From an uncultured virus (IMG/VR IMGVR_UViG_3300009376_000008) (taxonomy: Duplodnaviria; Heunggongvirae; Uroviricota; Caudoviricetes), in IMG/VR virus record IMGVR_UViG_3300009376_000008: a stretch of DNA of 64,000 nucleotides. The stretch is one strand, 5' to 3'. Below are positions 1 through 7,626 of this stretch, in pieces. Every line of letters begins with the position of its first letter. Position 1 is the stretch's first letter. The notes beneath the pieces are model-generated. The model was given only the letters and a program-made list of their open reading frames with translations. It had not been told where the DNA came from and did no database searches. Made by a program: the position numbers and the translations under genes.

Positions 1-380
1 ATTACTGGATTTATTTCATCGACATTTGAAGCCTGGCGATTCGATTTATGTTGGGTACGAAATGTTTTTGGTTCATAAAACCTTAAATTTTCAGCAGTAT
101 ACCTACGACTAATTTCATTGTAAGACCAAGTCCGATGACGGTGATGCTGAGACCTAACGAACAGAGGAACGATAAAGCGAAACGTAACAACATTATGCTC
201 AAGCGTTGAAGTGTGTCGGTGCCTAATAAGATACTTGATAAGCTTTTCGTCCTTTTCATCCATAGTCTCCTTTTGTTTTCCAAAACTAACACGAGCTGCA
301 TTAACTACTGTAATGTCTTCGCCCATGTGTTGTACGTATTCAACGGAACCAATGCCATCACCATATAGATCAACTTTCAC
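1..380 (-). CDS. thyX: Flavin-dependent thymidylate synthase ThyX (5' part; runs off the window start)
   Basis: Not in the ORF track. Manual translation from GTG at 380 (GAGG upstream) is open to position 1: MKVDLYGDGIGSVEYVQHMGEDITVVNAARVSFG...HRHTSTLEH...FIVPLFVRSQHHRHRTWSYNEISRRY. Contains the ThyX motif RHRx7SxR plus VNAARVS and HxSxxEH. Confidence 0.93.
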   Translation of the reverse strand, partial: MKVDLYGDGIGSVEYVQHMGEDITVVNAARVSFGKQKETMDEKDEKLIKYLIRHRHTSTLEHNVVTFRFIVPLFVRSQHHRHRTWSYNEISRRYTAENLRFYEPKTFRTQHKSNRQASNVDEINPV

Positions 381-897
381 TATTCACCTCATTGCCCCAA
401 GAATCCCAACCATCTCTGATATTCCTGGCGAACATTTCTAAATAGGGGCCATGGCTTCTAGACTCGATAAGCTCATACATTTCTTCTGGTTTTTTACTAT
501 GCTTTCCGCGGGGGAGGAGAGCTTGACCAATCAGAGACGAAACACTGTTTAGATCCGTCCGTGGCGTAAACCCCCTACCCCTTATAGCAAATAGACAGAG
601 TTCATGTTGCCCACGGAAATATCTACCTAAACCAAATCTTGGTTTTGCCCAAACTAAATTTGTAATATATCTAAAACCCAGATGCTCTATTATCCTTAGT
701 GCCTCTGGCAAATGATTGTTAGCTACCCACATGTAAAGATGAGCATCGTCTGCCACCTTTCCCTCTAAGACTTCGGCCATTAAAACTTTGATCTCATGCT
801 CCTTCATAAGAGGGTAATGTCGATCGGCACCACGCTTGATTTTTCCACCACCCGACTGATTCCAAGGTGGGTCTGCTAGAATCGTAGCATACCTCAC
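370..897 (-). CDS. MT-A70-family N6-adenine methyltransferase
   Basis: ILADPPW catalytic motif, HLYMW, LVWAK, G-YFR-QHE, HSKKP and LEMFAR...GWDSWGNE are typical of MT-A70 proteins. Confidence 0.9.
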   Translation of the reverse strand: MRYATILADPPWNQSGGGKIKRGADRHYPLMKEHEIKVLMAEVLEGKVADDAHLYMWVANNHLPEALRIIEHLGFRYITNLVWAKPRFGLGRYFRGQHELCLFAIRGRGFTPRTDLNSVSSLIGQALLPRGKHSKKPEEMYELIESRSHGPYLEMFARNIRDGWDSWGNEVNSES

Positions 898-1877
898 GAA
901 TAATTCCTGATAAGAACTTCTACTGCTTTTGAACCGTCTCCTAGATTATTTCTTCCAGCCGTATACTGGGTTCTAAAATAACGGCAATTCCAGGAATCAT
1001 CAAACTTATCAGCAAACCACCCTTCGTTGATAGTCATTCCTAAAAATTTTACTTCATTAAAATCTTGATTCAAAGACTCTCTATTGCTCAATGCACACCA
1101 AGAACCAGCACGGGAAGCATCTTTTAAGAATTCGATTAAACGAACTTGATCATCTTCAGTAAATCCTGGCACACGAGTAGACTTATATTTTGCAAATGAC
1201 TTCCGATACGGAGGATCTGCATAAAACCAAGACCCTTCTCCGAAATATGCTTGGGTTTTTTCAAAATCCTGATCCATTATAACACACGTATCAAGAAACT
1301 TCGAAAATGACTTAACGCTTTCAATATCAAAAAGCCTCCCGTTAGGTTTCCATGTCATCAATCCTGCTGGGCTAGCATAGCGATAATTGAAATTTTTACT
1401 GGTCTGCCAAATTCCATTAAATCCAGTTTGCAGCATATAAAGAAGTGCCGCGGCATGTTCAATAGGGTTCATAGAATCTGGGTTTAACGCGTATCTATTC
1501 CTAAGGTCATAGTAGTGTCTTTTTCTACTATCAACATTTGAAAAGTTGGCATATGCATTTACATGCTTAAGGTATTCTTTCTCAAACATCGCGTAGGTCG
1601 GAGACTGCATGTATCGGAACATATTCATTAATTCAGCACACGAGTCATTTAATACTATAACGGCATCTGGGTAATTCTTTCTTACCCATTTACTAATGCA
1701 GCCTGACCCTGCAAAGACATCAACAAAAATGTTAACATCAGAATTAGGAAAGAAACCAGAGTGATTGTACCTGGCAAACATCCGGTCTTTCCCGCCAGCC
1801 CATTTAAAAGGAGGACGAGTGCCCTTTAATCGTAATTCAGTCGGTCCATTCGACTTCGTAATATCCCATGTCTTCAT
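894..1877 (-). CDS. Dam/D12-class N6-adenine DNA methyltransferase
   Basis: PPFKWAGGK, DVFAGSG (SAM binding), LND, FNG and FYADPPY catalytic motif. Confidence 0.88.
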   Translation of the reverse strand: MKTWDITKSNGPTELRLKGTRPPFKWAGGKDRMFARYNHSGFFPNSDVNIFVDVFAGSGCISKWVRKNYPDAVIVLNDSCAELMNMFRYMQSPTYAMFEKEYLKHVNAYANFSNVDSRKRHYYDLRNRYALNPDSMNPIEHAAALLYMLQTGFNGIWQTSKNFNYRYASPAGLMTWKPNGRLFDIESVKSFSKFLDTCVIMDQDFEKTQAYFGEGSWFYADPPYRKSFAKYKSTRVPGFTEDDQVRLIEFLKDASRAGSWCALSNRESLNQDFNEVKFLGMTINEGWFADKFDDSWNCRYFRTQYTAGRNNLGDGSKAVEVLIRNYS

Positions 1878-2907
1878 CTACTGTAGTCTCCACAATGAGT
1901 TTTGCCACAGCGTACGGGTCACAATTGGAGGCTGGGCGTCTATCTTCAATATAACCTTTCCAGCCGTTTTGTTCAACACTATTTGGAATCCTTACAGATG
2001 CGCCACGATCACCGACACCCCAAGTAAACTTATCGATATGTTGCGTTTCGTGTTCTCCAGTTAGGCGTCGGTCGTTCCCTTCACCATAGCCTCTTATGTG
2101 GTCTTGGTGATTATATCTCATTTTTTCCATAAGGCTTTCAAATCTTACTTTGTTCCCAGAGTCATTTCGCATCCAAGATGTTGAAAAATTTGTATGACAA
2201 CCAGATCCATTCCAGTCTCCCTGAACTGGTTTTGGGTTCAGGTCAATATCCCAATTGTATTCTTCTGCTAATCGATAAAGAACGTATCGACTTATCCATA
2301 AATCATCACAAGCCTTAAGGGTATCCGTGCTAAAACACTGATACTCCCATTGGCTAATAGCAACTTCAGCATTTGTTCCAGTTAGTTTAATCCCCATTTT
2401 CAAACACTTCGTGAGGTGCTGTTCTACTAGTTTTCTACCGATTACTTGATTTCCGCCGACGCCGCAATAATAAAGTCCTTGAGGCTGTGGCAAAAATCCT
2501 TCCACAGGAAAACCAAGTGGTCGGTACCCATTGGTAATAAAGTATTCTTGCTCAAATCCCCACCAGAATTCTTCAGAAGAATATTTCTTATTTGAGTCCC
2601 GAAGCTTAGCTCTTGAATTACTTTCGTGAGGCGTTCCATTATTATTGTAAACTTCGCATAATACTAAAAAATGGTTAGGATTCCACTTATAAGCTCTTGC
2701 AGGTTTTAAAATTAATTCCGAATTGTGCCCTGGTGCTTGCTTTGTAGAGCTACCATCGAAATTCCAATCTGGCAAAGATTTCGTATCAGGCATACCTGCA
2801 GTATCCATGGAAATAGTAGACTCTTTTTTGACAGTTATTTTGCTTCTTAGGTTAGAGGTCTTATAGCCATCCAACCAAACGTATTCTAGTAAAATATCGT
2901 TATTCAT
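1837..2907 (-). CDS. glnII: Glutamine synthetase type II (GSII)
   Basis: LEYVWLDG, LRSK, WNFDGSST, GFEQEY, NAEV, QWEYQ, PKPVQGDWNGSGCHTNFS, RLTGEHET, RGASVRIP and YIEDRRPASNCDPY; the 356 aa size fits GSII. Confidence 0.93.
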   Translation of the reverse strand: MNNDILLEYVWLDGYKTSNLRSKITVKKESTISMDTAGMPDTKSLPDWNFDGSSTKQAPGHNSELILKPARAYKWNPNHFLVLCEVYNNNGTPHESNSRAKLRDSNKKYSSEEFWWGFEQEYFITNGYRPLGFPVEGFLPQPQGLYYCGVGGNQVIGRKLVEQHLTKCLKMGIKLTGTNAEVAISQWEYQCFSTDTLKACDDLWISRYVLYRLAEEYNWDIDLNPKPVQGDWNGSGCHTNFSTSWMRNDSGNKVRFESLMEKMRYNHQDHIRGYGEGNDRRLTGEHETQHIDKFTWGVGDRGASVRIPNSVEQNGWKGYIEDRRPASNCDPYAVAKLIVETTVDEDMGYYEVEWTD

Positions 2908-3325
2908 CTTTTTTTTCCTTTGTGACTAATTTATCACGAATGTGTGGAGCAATGGGGACAGCTTCGCCATCACCATCAATTCTAACAAATACCATTTCAC
3001 ATTTACAAACCAGTTTTTGTGTCCCATTATAAACGCTATGCCGACGTGCCTCTATCTCAACCTGCAAGGAAGTCCTACCTAGACTAGATACACGTCCGTA
3101 AATTTTAATGAGCTGTCCAGGTCGGACAGCTCTTTCAAAGTCAACAGCGGATATATGTTTTGTAACAATTTTTCCGGTTTCGGCAAACTCTGCTGCAAGA
3201 GCAGCTCCTGCCTCATCCAACCAAGAGAGCATTACGCCACCGAATAAGTTTCCATGGTTCCCTACATCTCGGGTCTTGCATATGTGTGTCGAAACAGGCT
3301 TCATTTCAGACCATGACTGAGTCAT
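2900..3325 (-). CDS. Hot-dog-fold acyl-CoA thioesterase (YciA-like)
   Basis: DVGNHGNLFGGVMLSWLDEAG, VDFERAV, GRTSLQVEIE and MVFVRID. Start probably ATG at 3325 (just after the upstream stop) or slightly later, not 3361. Confidence 0.85.
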   Translation of the reverse strand: MTQSWSEMKPVSTHICKTRDVGNHGNLFGGVMLSWLDEAGAALAAEFAETGKIVTKHISAVDFERAVRPGQLIKIYGRVSSLGRTSLQVEIEARRHSVYNGTQKLVCKCEMVFVRIDGDGEAVPIAPHIRDKLVTKEKKDE

Positions 3326-3326
3326 T

Positions 3327-3659
3327 TTACTTCTCATAGGGTACAGCATACCCTTCGTCAAGTAACCAGGAATTTATCGATGTATCACTCCCACAATAAA
3401 TAGTCGCTAACCATCGCCCATACTTTCCTTTTTTGTCTTTTTCTGTTTTAATTCTGATCTCTTTATCTAAAATTTTCTCCCGAAGGGCGTCTCGACTTTT
3501 CAGGCCTTCCGGTCTTTCTTTGCCGCGGACTTCCGGGGTATCAATCCCCAGCAACCGTAATTTTTGTCCCTTGACCCACACTCCGAAACCGAGATCAATA
3601 TTCACGGTAATTGTGTCTCCATCATAAACCTTTGTTACTATAGCCCTGTATTCAAACAT
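3327..3659 (-). CDS. Thermonuclease (SNase-like)
   Basis: VYDGDT, LRLLGIDTPE and GKYGRWLA motifs; probable start MFEY at 3659. Confidence 0.88.
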   Translation of the reverse strand: MFEYRAIVTKVYDGDTITVNIDLGFGVWVKGQKLRLLGIDTPEVRGKERPEGLKSRDALREKILDKEIRIKTEKDKKGKYGRWLATIYCGSDTSINSWLLDEGYAVPYEK

Positions 3660-4546
3660 TATTCTATGTGCCCTGTTCCCACTACTTCCCATTCGGTATG
3701 GGTTTCAATAAAAGAATTATTTATGTCAGTCTCAACTAGCTCTATTTTATGCCGATTCAAATGAACAGCTGCTAAAGAACCTGGAGGAAATTGCTGAAAA
3801 TAGGAGCCAGGGATAGACATGTATCCAGAGTCTTCATCGACACAGTCTACCCTTCCCAAAAATTGGGATCCATCCCAAGAATAAACGGCCACCGTAATCA
3901 TAAAAATAGAATCGGTATTAGTAGGACTCCACGAAAAAGTAGTTGCAGAATTTCTATAGATAGCTGCGTCATATGCGTATGATGGATCAACCCAAAGCAA
4001 CGTATACGGTTCGATGAAATCGAAACCATGAGAAGATACTAGATCGAAACTTCCTTCGTCTGTTTGGACCGTATAAACCGAATCTCTTTGATATTGCGAT
4101 TCCCAAATTTGAGTTGTCTGATAAGTTCCGTTCCCAGTTTGTGGCACAACAAACGAATGGCCAGGAGAACTTACTGTAAAACTAGACCCAACTGACATTG
4201 GTACTGTAGATGGGCTAACAGTATATAAATTGTCCACGCACGTGCCCGGGGAAGGAATCCACTCAGTGTGACCATCTGTAGATGGTTGATGAAACTGGCC
4301 GGAGAATGTAACAGTAATTTCTTGTGATTCTCCAACGCATGCAGGACAGGCAACTTGCCGCAATTTATAATTGGTATATCCTGTAATACCACTATTTGGG
4401 AGACCTTCCCCAGAATCTGCAGGCTCATTTGTATCTGCAGAATCTACAACCACTTCAGAAGTATCTTGGTTTTTTTCAACATAGCCTATCAGCCCGACTT
4501 CCGTACTACACGAACTAAGTGCCCATACGAAAAAAACACTAATCAT
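3659..4546 (-). CDS. Putative lipoprotein
   Basis: Short hydrophobic N-terminus ending LSSC (lipobox-like), acidic D/S/T linker, CPAC motif, beta-rich body. Confidence 0.6.
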   Translation of the reverse strand: MISVFFVWALSSCSTEVGLIGYVEKNQDTSEVVVDSADTNEPADSGEGLPNSGITGYTNYKLRQVACPACVGESQEITVTFSGQFHQPSTDGHTEWIPSPGTCVDNLYTVSPSTVPMSVGSSFTVSSPGHSFVVPQTGNGTYQTTQIWESQYQRDSVYTVQTDEGSFDLVSSHGFDFIEPYTLLWVDPSYAYDAAIYRNSATTFSWSPTNTDSIFMITVAVYSWDGSQFLGRVDCVDEDSGYMSIPGSYFQQFPPGSLAAVHLNRHKIELVETDINNSFIETHTEWEVVGTGHIE

Positions 4547-4742
4547 CTGCTGCCCCCCTGAACTTTCTGCTTAGGCGACTCTCCAAGCCCAATTGTTTCT
4601 TGTCAGGAAAATAATACACCTTTGCGCCTAGTTTGTGTCCATAGGGCCAGCTTTTTGTTGGATCTTTTCCTATCTCTTCTTTTCGCCAGAAAAAAAGCTT
4701 ATTCCAAAACTGGGAGAATATCGATTTTATCTTATTCCACAT
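4539..4742 (-). CDS. Small hypothetical protein with amphipathic Trp-rich N-terminus
   Basis: Fills the gap with tight junctions on the coding strand; AGGTG-like SD region upstream. Confidence 0.55.
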   Translation of the reverse strand: MWNKIKSIFSQFWNKLFFWRKEEIGKDPTKSWPYGHKLGAKVYYFPDKKQLGLESRLSRKFRGAADD

Positions 4743-4745
4743 AAA

Positions 4746-6062
4746 TCACCAAGTGGCTATAGCGACGCGTTTCCAAGTATTTGTATCGACGCATACATAA
4801 ATGTAATCAGAATCCCAACAGATCATTCCTGCAGTACCAGTTGCAGTCGCAGACGCAGGAGTCTGGGATGAACGAATTCGGATTGCATCTGAATTAACGT
4901 CTAATGCCTCTGTAGGAGAAGCTGTCCCAATTCCAACGGTGCCATCTGATTTAATACACAAATGATCATCATTATGATTGTTGCTTCCCCACATTTTTGT
5001 TATGCTATCGGCAGCGGAGTAGCCAATACCTCCTACTACAGTATCAGCATTACGGAAACTAATGTAAGCGTTTCTCTCAGAGCTAGCACTATCTAATCTT
5101 ATTTCAACATCAGCGGAATTGTTGTCGCTTTCCAACACAAACCTTGCGTTACCAGAAGATGGCTTTACATGCAAGTTGTGTGATGGGGAGACCGTTCCAA
5201 TTCCGACTCTATTATTTGAAGAGTCGACATAGAGCGTAGAAGTATCGACAGTTAGATCGCCAGAAACTGTAAGAGCTGTCAAGGTACCAAGGGAAGTGAC
5301 GTTTGTTTGAGCTGCTGTAGTAAGAGTCAAATCAGAAACATAGGTCTTAACTCTTGACATGGCTGTTTTTCTATTACTGCCGTTTGCTCCGTCATCGACC
5401 ATAAGAAGGTCAGCATCAACAAGAGCTGCGCCGATGTCCGTAGCGCCGTCAATGTCCAGGGTTAGCGTTCCTATATAAGTTTTTATATCAGAAGCTGGTA
5501 TCTGCTTTGTTGTATTCCCATCAATTACTAAAAACGCGTCGGCGTCGGCAATCGTAATAGAGCTCGCAGATTTTGCAGAACCATCTAAGAGATTTAATTC
5601 TGCTGCTGTTGAATTTACGGCAGTAGATCCAACAATAAGCCCACCCGCTGGGACAGTGATGGTTGCTGAGCCGGTTAGTGCTGGTGATAACACTCCTTCT
5701 GAACCAGTTATTGTCGATCCCTTAATGCCGGCCAGTGATAGTGATAATGGGCCAGTTGATACTCCAGTAAATGTTCCTGTTCCAACAGTAAATAAATCTG
5801 TAGATTCATCCCACCCAAAGAATACATTAGCATCATCGCCACGTTCAATAATAACACCGGCGTCTTCTAAACCAGAATCTCGAGAGCCTGTTGTTCCATA
5901 AGCTAACTCTATTATTCTATCATCTACCCTAGCATTCGTTGTTGTTGTTCCGGCTATAGTTACATCGCCTTTAAGCTCGATTGTATCCGTAGTCTCCAGA
6001 ATAATTTTATTACCAGATTCGTATGTTACAACACCTTTAGTGTTATTGATAACGGTCTTCAT
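4746..6062 (-). CDS. Tail-fibre-like virion protein
   Basis: Thr/Gly/Ser-rich beta repeats, two (R/T)VGIGT..P motifs, C-terminal GMICWDSDYIYVC...WKRVAI domain; GGAGAG SD and late-promoter-like motif upstream. Confidence 0.7.
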   Translation of the reverse strand: MKTVINNTKGVVTYESGNKIILETTDTIELKGDVTIAGTTTTNARVDDRIIELAYGTTGSRDSGLEDAGVIIERGDDANVFFGWDESTDLFTVGTGTFTGVSTGPLSLSLAGIKGSTITGSEGVLSPALTGSATITVPAGGLIVGSTAVNSTAAELNLLDGSAKSASSITIADADAFLVIDGNTTKQIPASDIKTYIGTLTLDIDGATDIGAALVDADLLMVDDGANGSNRKTAMSRVKTYVSDLTLTTAAQTNVTSLGTLTALTVSGDLTVDTSTLYVDSSNNRVGIGTVSPSHNLHVKPSSGNARFVLESDNNSADVEIRLDSASSERNAYISFRNADTVVGGIGYSAADSITKMWGSNNHNDDHLCIKSDGTVGIGTASPTEALDVNSDAIRIRSSQTPASATATGTAGMICWDSDYIYVCVDTNTWKRVAIATW

Positions 6063-6100
6063 GAACTCTCTCCAAATTAACGCTTGTTATAATTAAGCAC

Positions 6101-7006
6101 TTAGTCGTGAAGTTCTTCAAGCATTTTTACTATATCTAAACCTGCACAGTCAATTTTCTTAGCAATCTGGTGATAATGGCTTACAAAGCCTTTGAATTTT
6201 CCATAGGCGCACCTGGGATCGTACCTTGTCGATGTCTTGAAATTAGAATCTCCAGATTCTGGCCCAACTAATGGAATATCCCAGCCTTCATGCATAGCCA
6301 TCCATAAAGCTTTTAAAGCCTCAAGTTGGACAGGGTAAAATCCAAGAAACGGCTTCATCTTTTTACCGTGGCATTCCGCATTATCAATTATTGGCCGCTC
6401 TCCAAATCCGTGTTTTACATACCAATCTTGATACTTGAGATAATAGGCATTAGAGATCTCAACACCGATACTGCGCTTGTTGGCATTTCCAGCATGCCAG
6501 GCAGCATGTTGGGTATCTAGTAGCTGGTAGATCGTACCATCATTGTCAATATTAAAATGTACTGAAATACCGCGTTTATTGAGGACCTTCGAGCACGATT
6601 CAGCGCTAAGGCATACATCCCAATGGTTTACAAACATGTTGACTTCACGTTTCTTCTTTCCGCCATAATTGTAATAGTTTCCACGCTGCGCTTTTAGGCC
6701 GCCTGCTTCATTCCACAAAACAACCTTCGGCCAATCGATTTCAACTAGTTCTGAATTACACACTACAAAGTTTTGGTCTTTTGCAGCATGCTGATAAAAC
6801 GATGGCGCACCAATCGTTGAATCTCGTTCAGTCCAAATTCTTCTGTATGTTCCAGGGCCGCACAGTCCGTCAGCTGTCAATCCATTCTTTTTTTGCCACG
6901 CGCGAATTGCTCTAACTAAATTTTCGTCATGATGCTCTGCTCCAAACCAATCGGGCTCCCATCCCAATGAGTCTGCAGAACTCTTGTTATAAAATACCTT
7001 ATCCAT
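6101..7006 (-). CDS. Endolysin: peptidoglycan-binding domain plus N-acetylmuramoyl-L-alanine amidase (Amidase_2)
   Basis: AIRAWQKKNGLTADGLCGPGT (PG_binding_1); VNHW, SVHFNIDNDGTIYQ, AWHAG..N..SIGVE, SH and KIDC Zn-amidase motifs. Confidence 0.88.
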   Translation of the reverse strand: MDKVFYNKSSADSLGWEPDWFGAEHHDENLVRAIRAWQKKNGLTADGLCGPGTYRRIWTERDSTIGAPSFYQHAAKDQNFVVCNSELVEIDWPKVVLWNEAGGLKAQRGNYYNYGGKKKREVNMFVNHWDVCLSAESCSKVLNKRGISVHFNIDNDGTIYQLLDTQHAAWHAGNANKRSIGVEISNAYYLKYQDWYVKHGFGERPIIDNAECHGKKMKPFLGFYPVQLEALKALWMAMHEGWDIPLVGPESGDSNFKTSTRYDPRCAYGKFKGFVSHYHQIAKKIDCAGLDIVKMLEELHD

Positions 7007-7015
7007 TCTTTCCTC

Positions 7016-7618
7016 CTAAACCAATTTGATATCCACCCCTACATCGATTTGAAGCTTTGGCACTCTAAGATGATTTGCCAAATTAAGAGAAAGAGCTTCA
7101 TCCGCTTCTATAAACCAATCAGCGTGGCCCTTATCATGGATCTTCTTGAGAAAGAAATCTTCGTCTTTACCACAGTTTCTTCCCATCATTTTCAGGATTT
7201 TATCATTTAATCTTTTTGTTTCTTCTGCAGAAGCCTGGATCTCTTCGTTTTTTCCCCAAGTGGCAGAACTAACTTCGTGAATCATTATTGTAGAATCACT
7301 ATCCATGTAACGCATACCATCAGCGCCGAAGCTGAAAAGGATTGCACCACATGACATGGCTTTTCCTTCAATAATTGTGGCAACAGGTAACTCTGCAGCT
7401 TTTATACATGCAATCATCGCCATAAGACTGTATACTTGGCCGCCATAACTGTCGATAAGAATTGGGATAACCGATTGACCTGTATTATGAGCCATAGCCA
7501 TTTTTTGGCCAAATTCTTTTGCCGATTCTTCGTTAAATTTATTAACTCGAACTACAATTGGCGGGTTTCGTAATTCGTAATCTTTCAACAGCGGGCTAGC
7601 TTCTAATTTATAGTGCAT
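7016..7618 (-). CDS. clpP: ClpP-family protease
   Basis: IDSYGG, GKAMSCG (catalytic Ser), IMIHE (His), DWFIEADEA. Confidence 0.88.
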   Translation of the reverse strand: MHYKLEASPLLKDYELRNPPIVVRVNKFNEESAKEFGQKMAMAHNTGQSVIPILIDSYGGQVYSLMAMIACIKAAELPVATIIEGKAMSCGAILFSFGADGMRYMDSDSTIMIHEVSSATWGKNEEIQASAEETKRLNDKILKMMGRNCGKDEDFFLKKIHDKGHADWFIEADEALSLNLANHLRVPKLQIDVGVDIKLV

Positions 7619-7626
7619 TTATCCTC

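Noticed and set aside
83..301. 72-aa minus-strand ORF in the track
   Set aside because: It is an alternative frame inside thyX (1..380), which carries the real motifs
4539..4742. Possible holin near the endolysin
   Set aside because: No uninterrupted transmembrane segment; only an amphipathic helix
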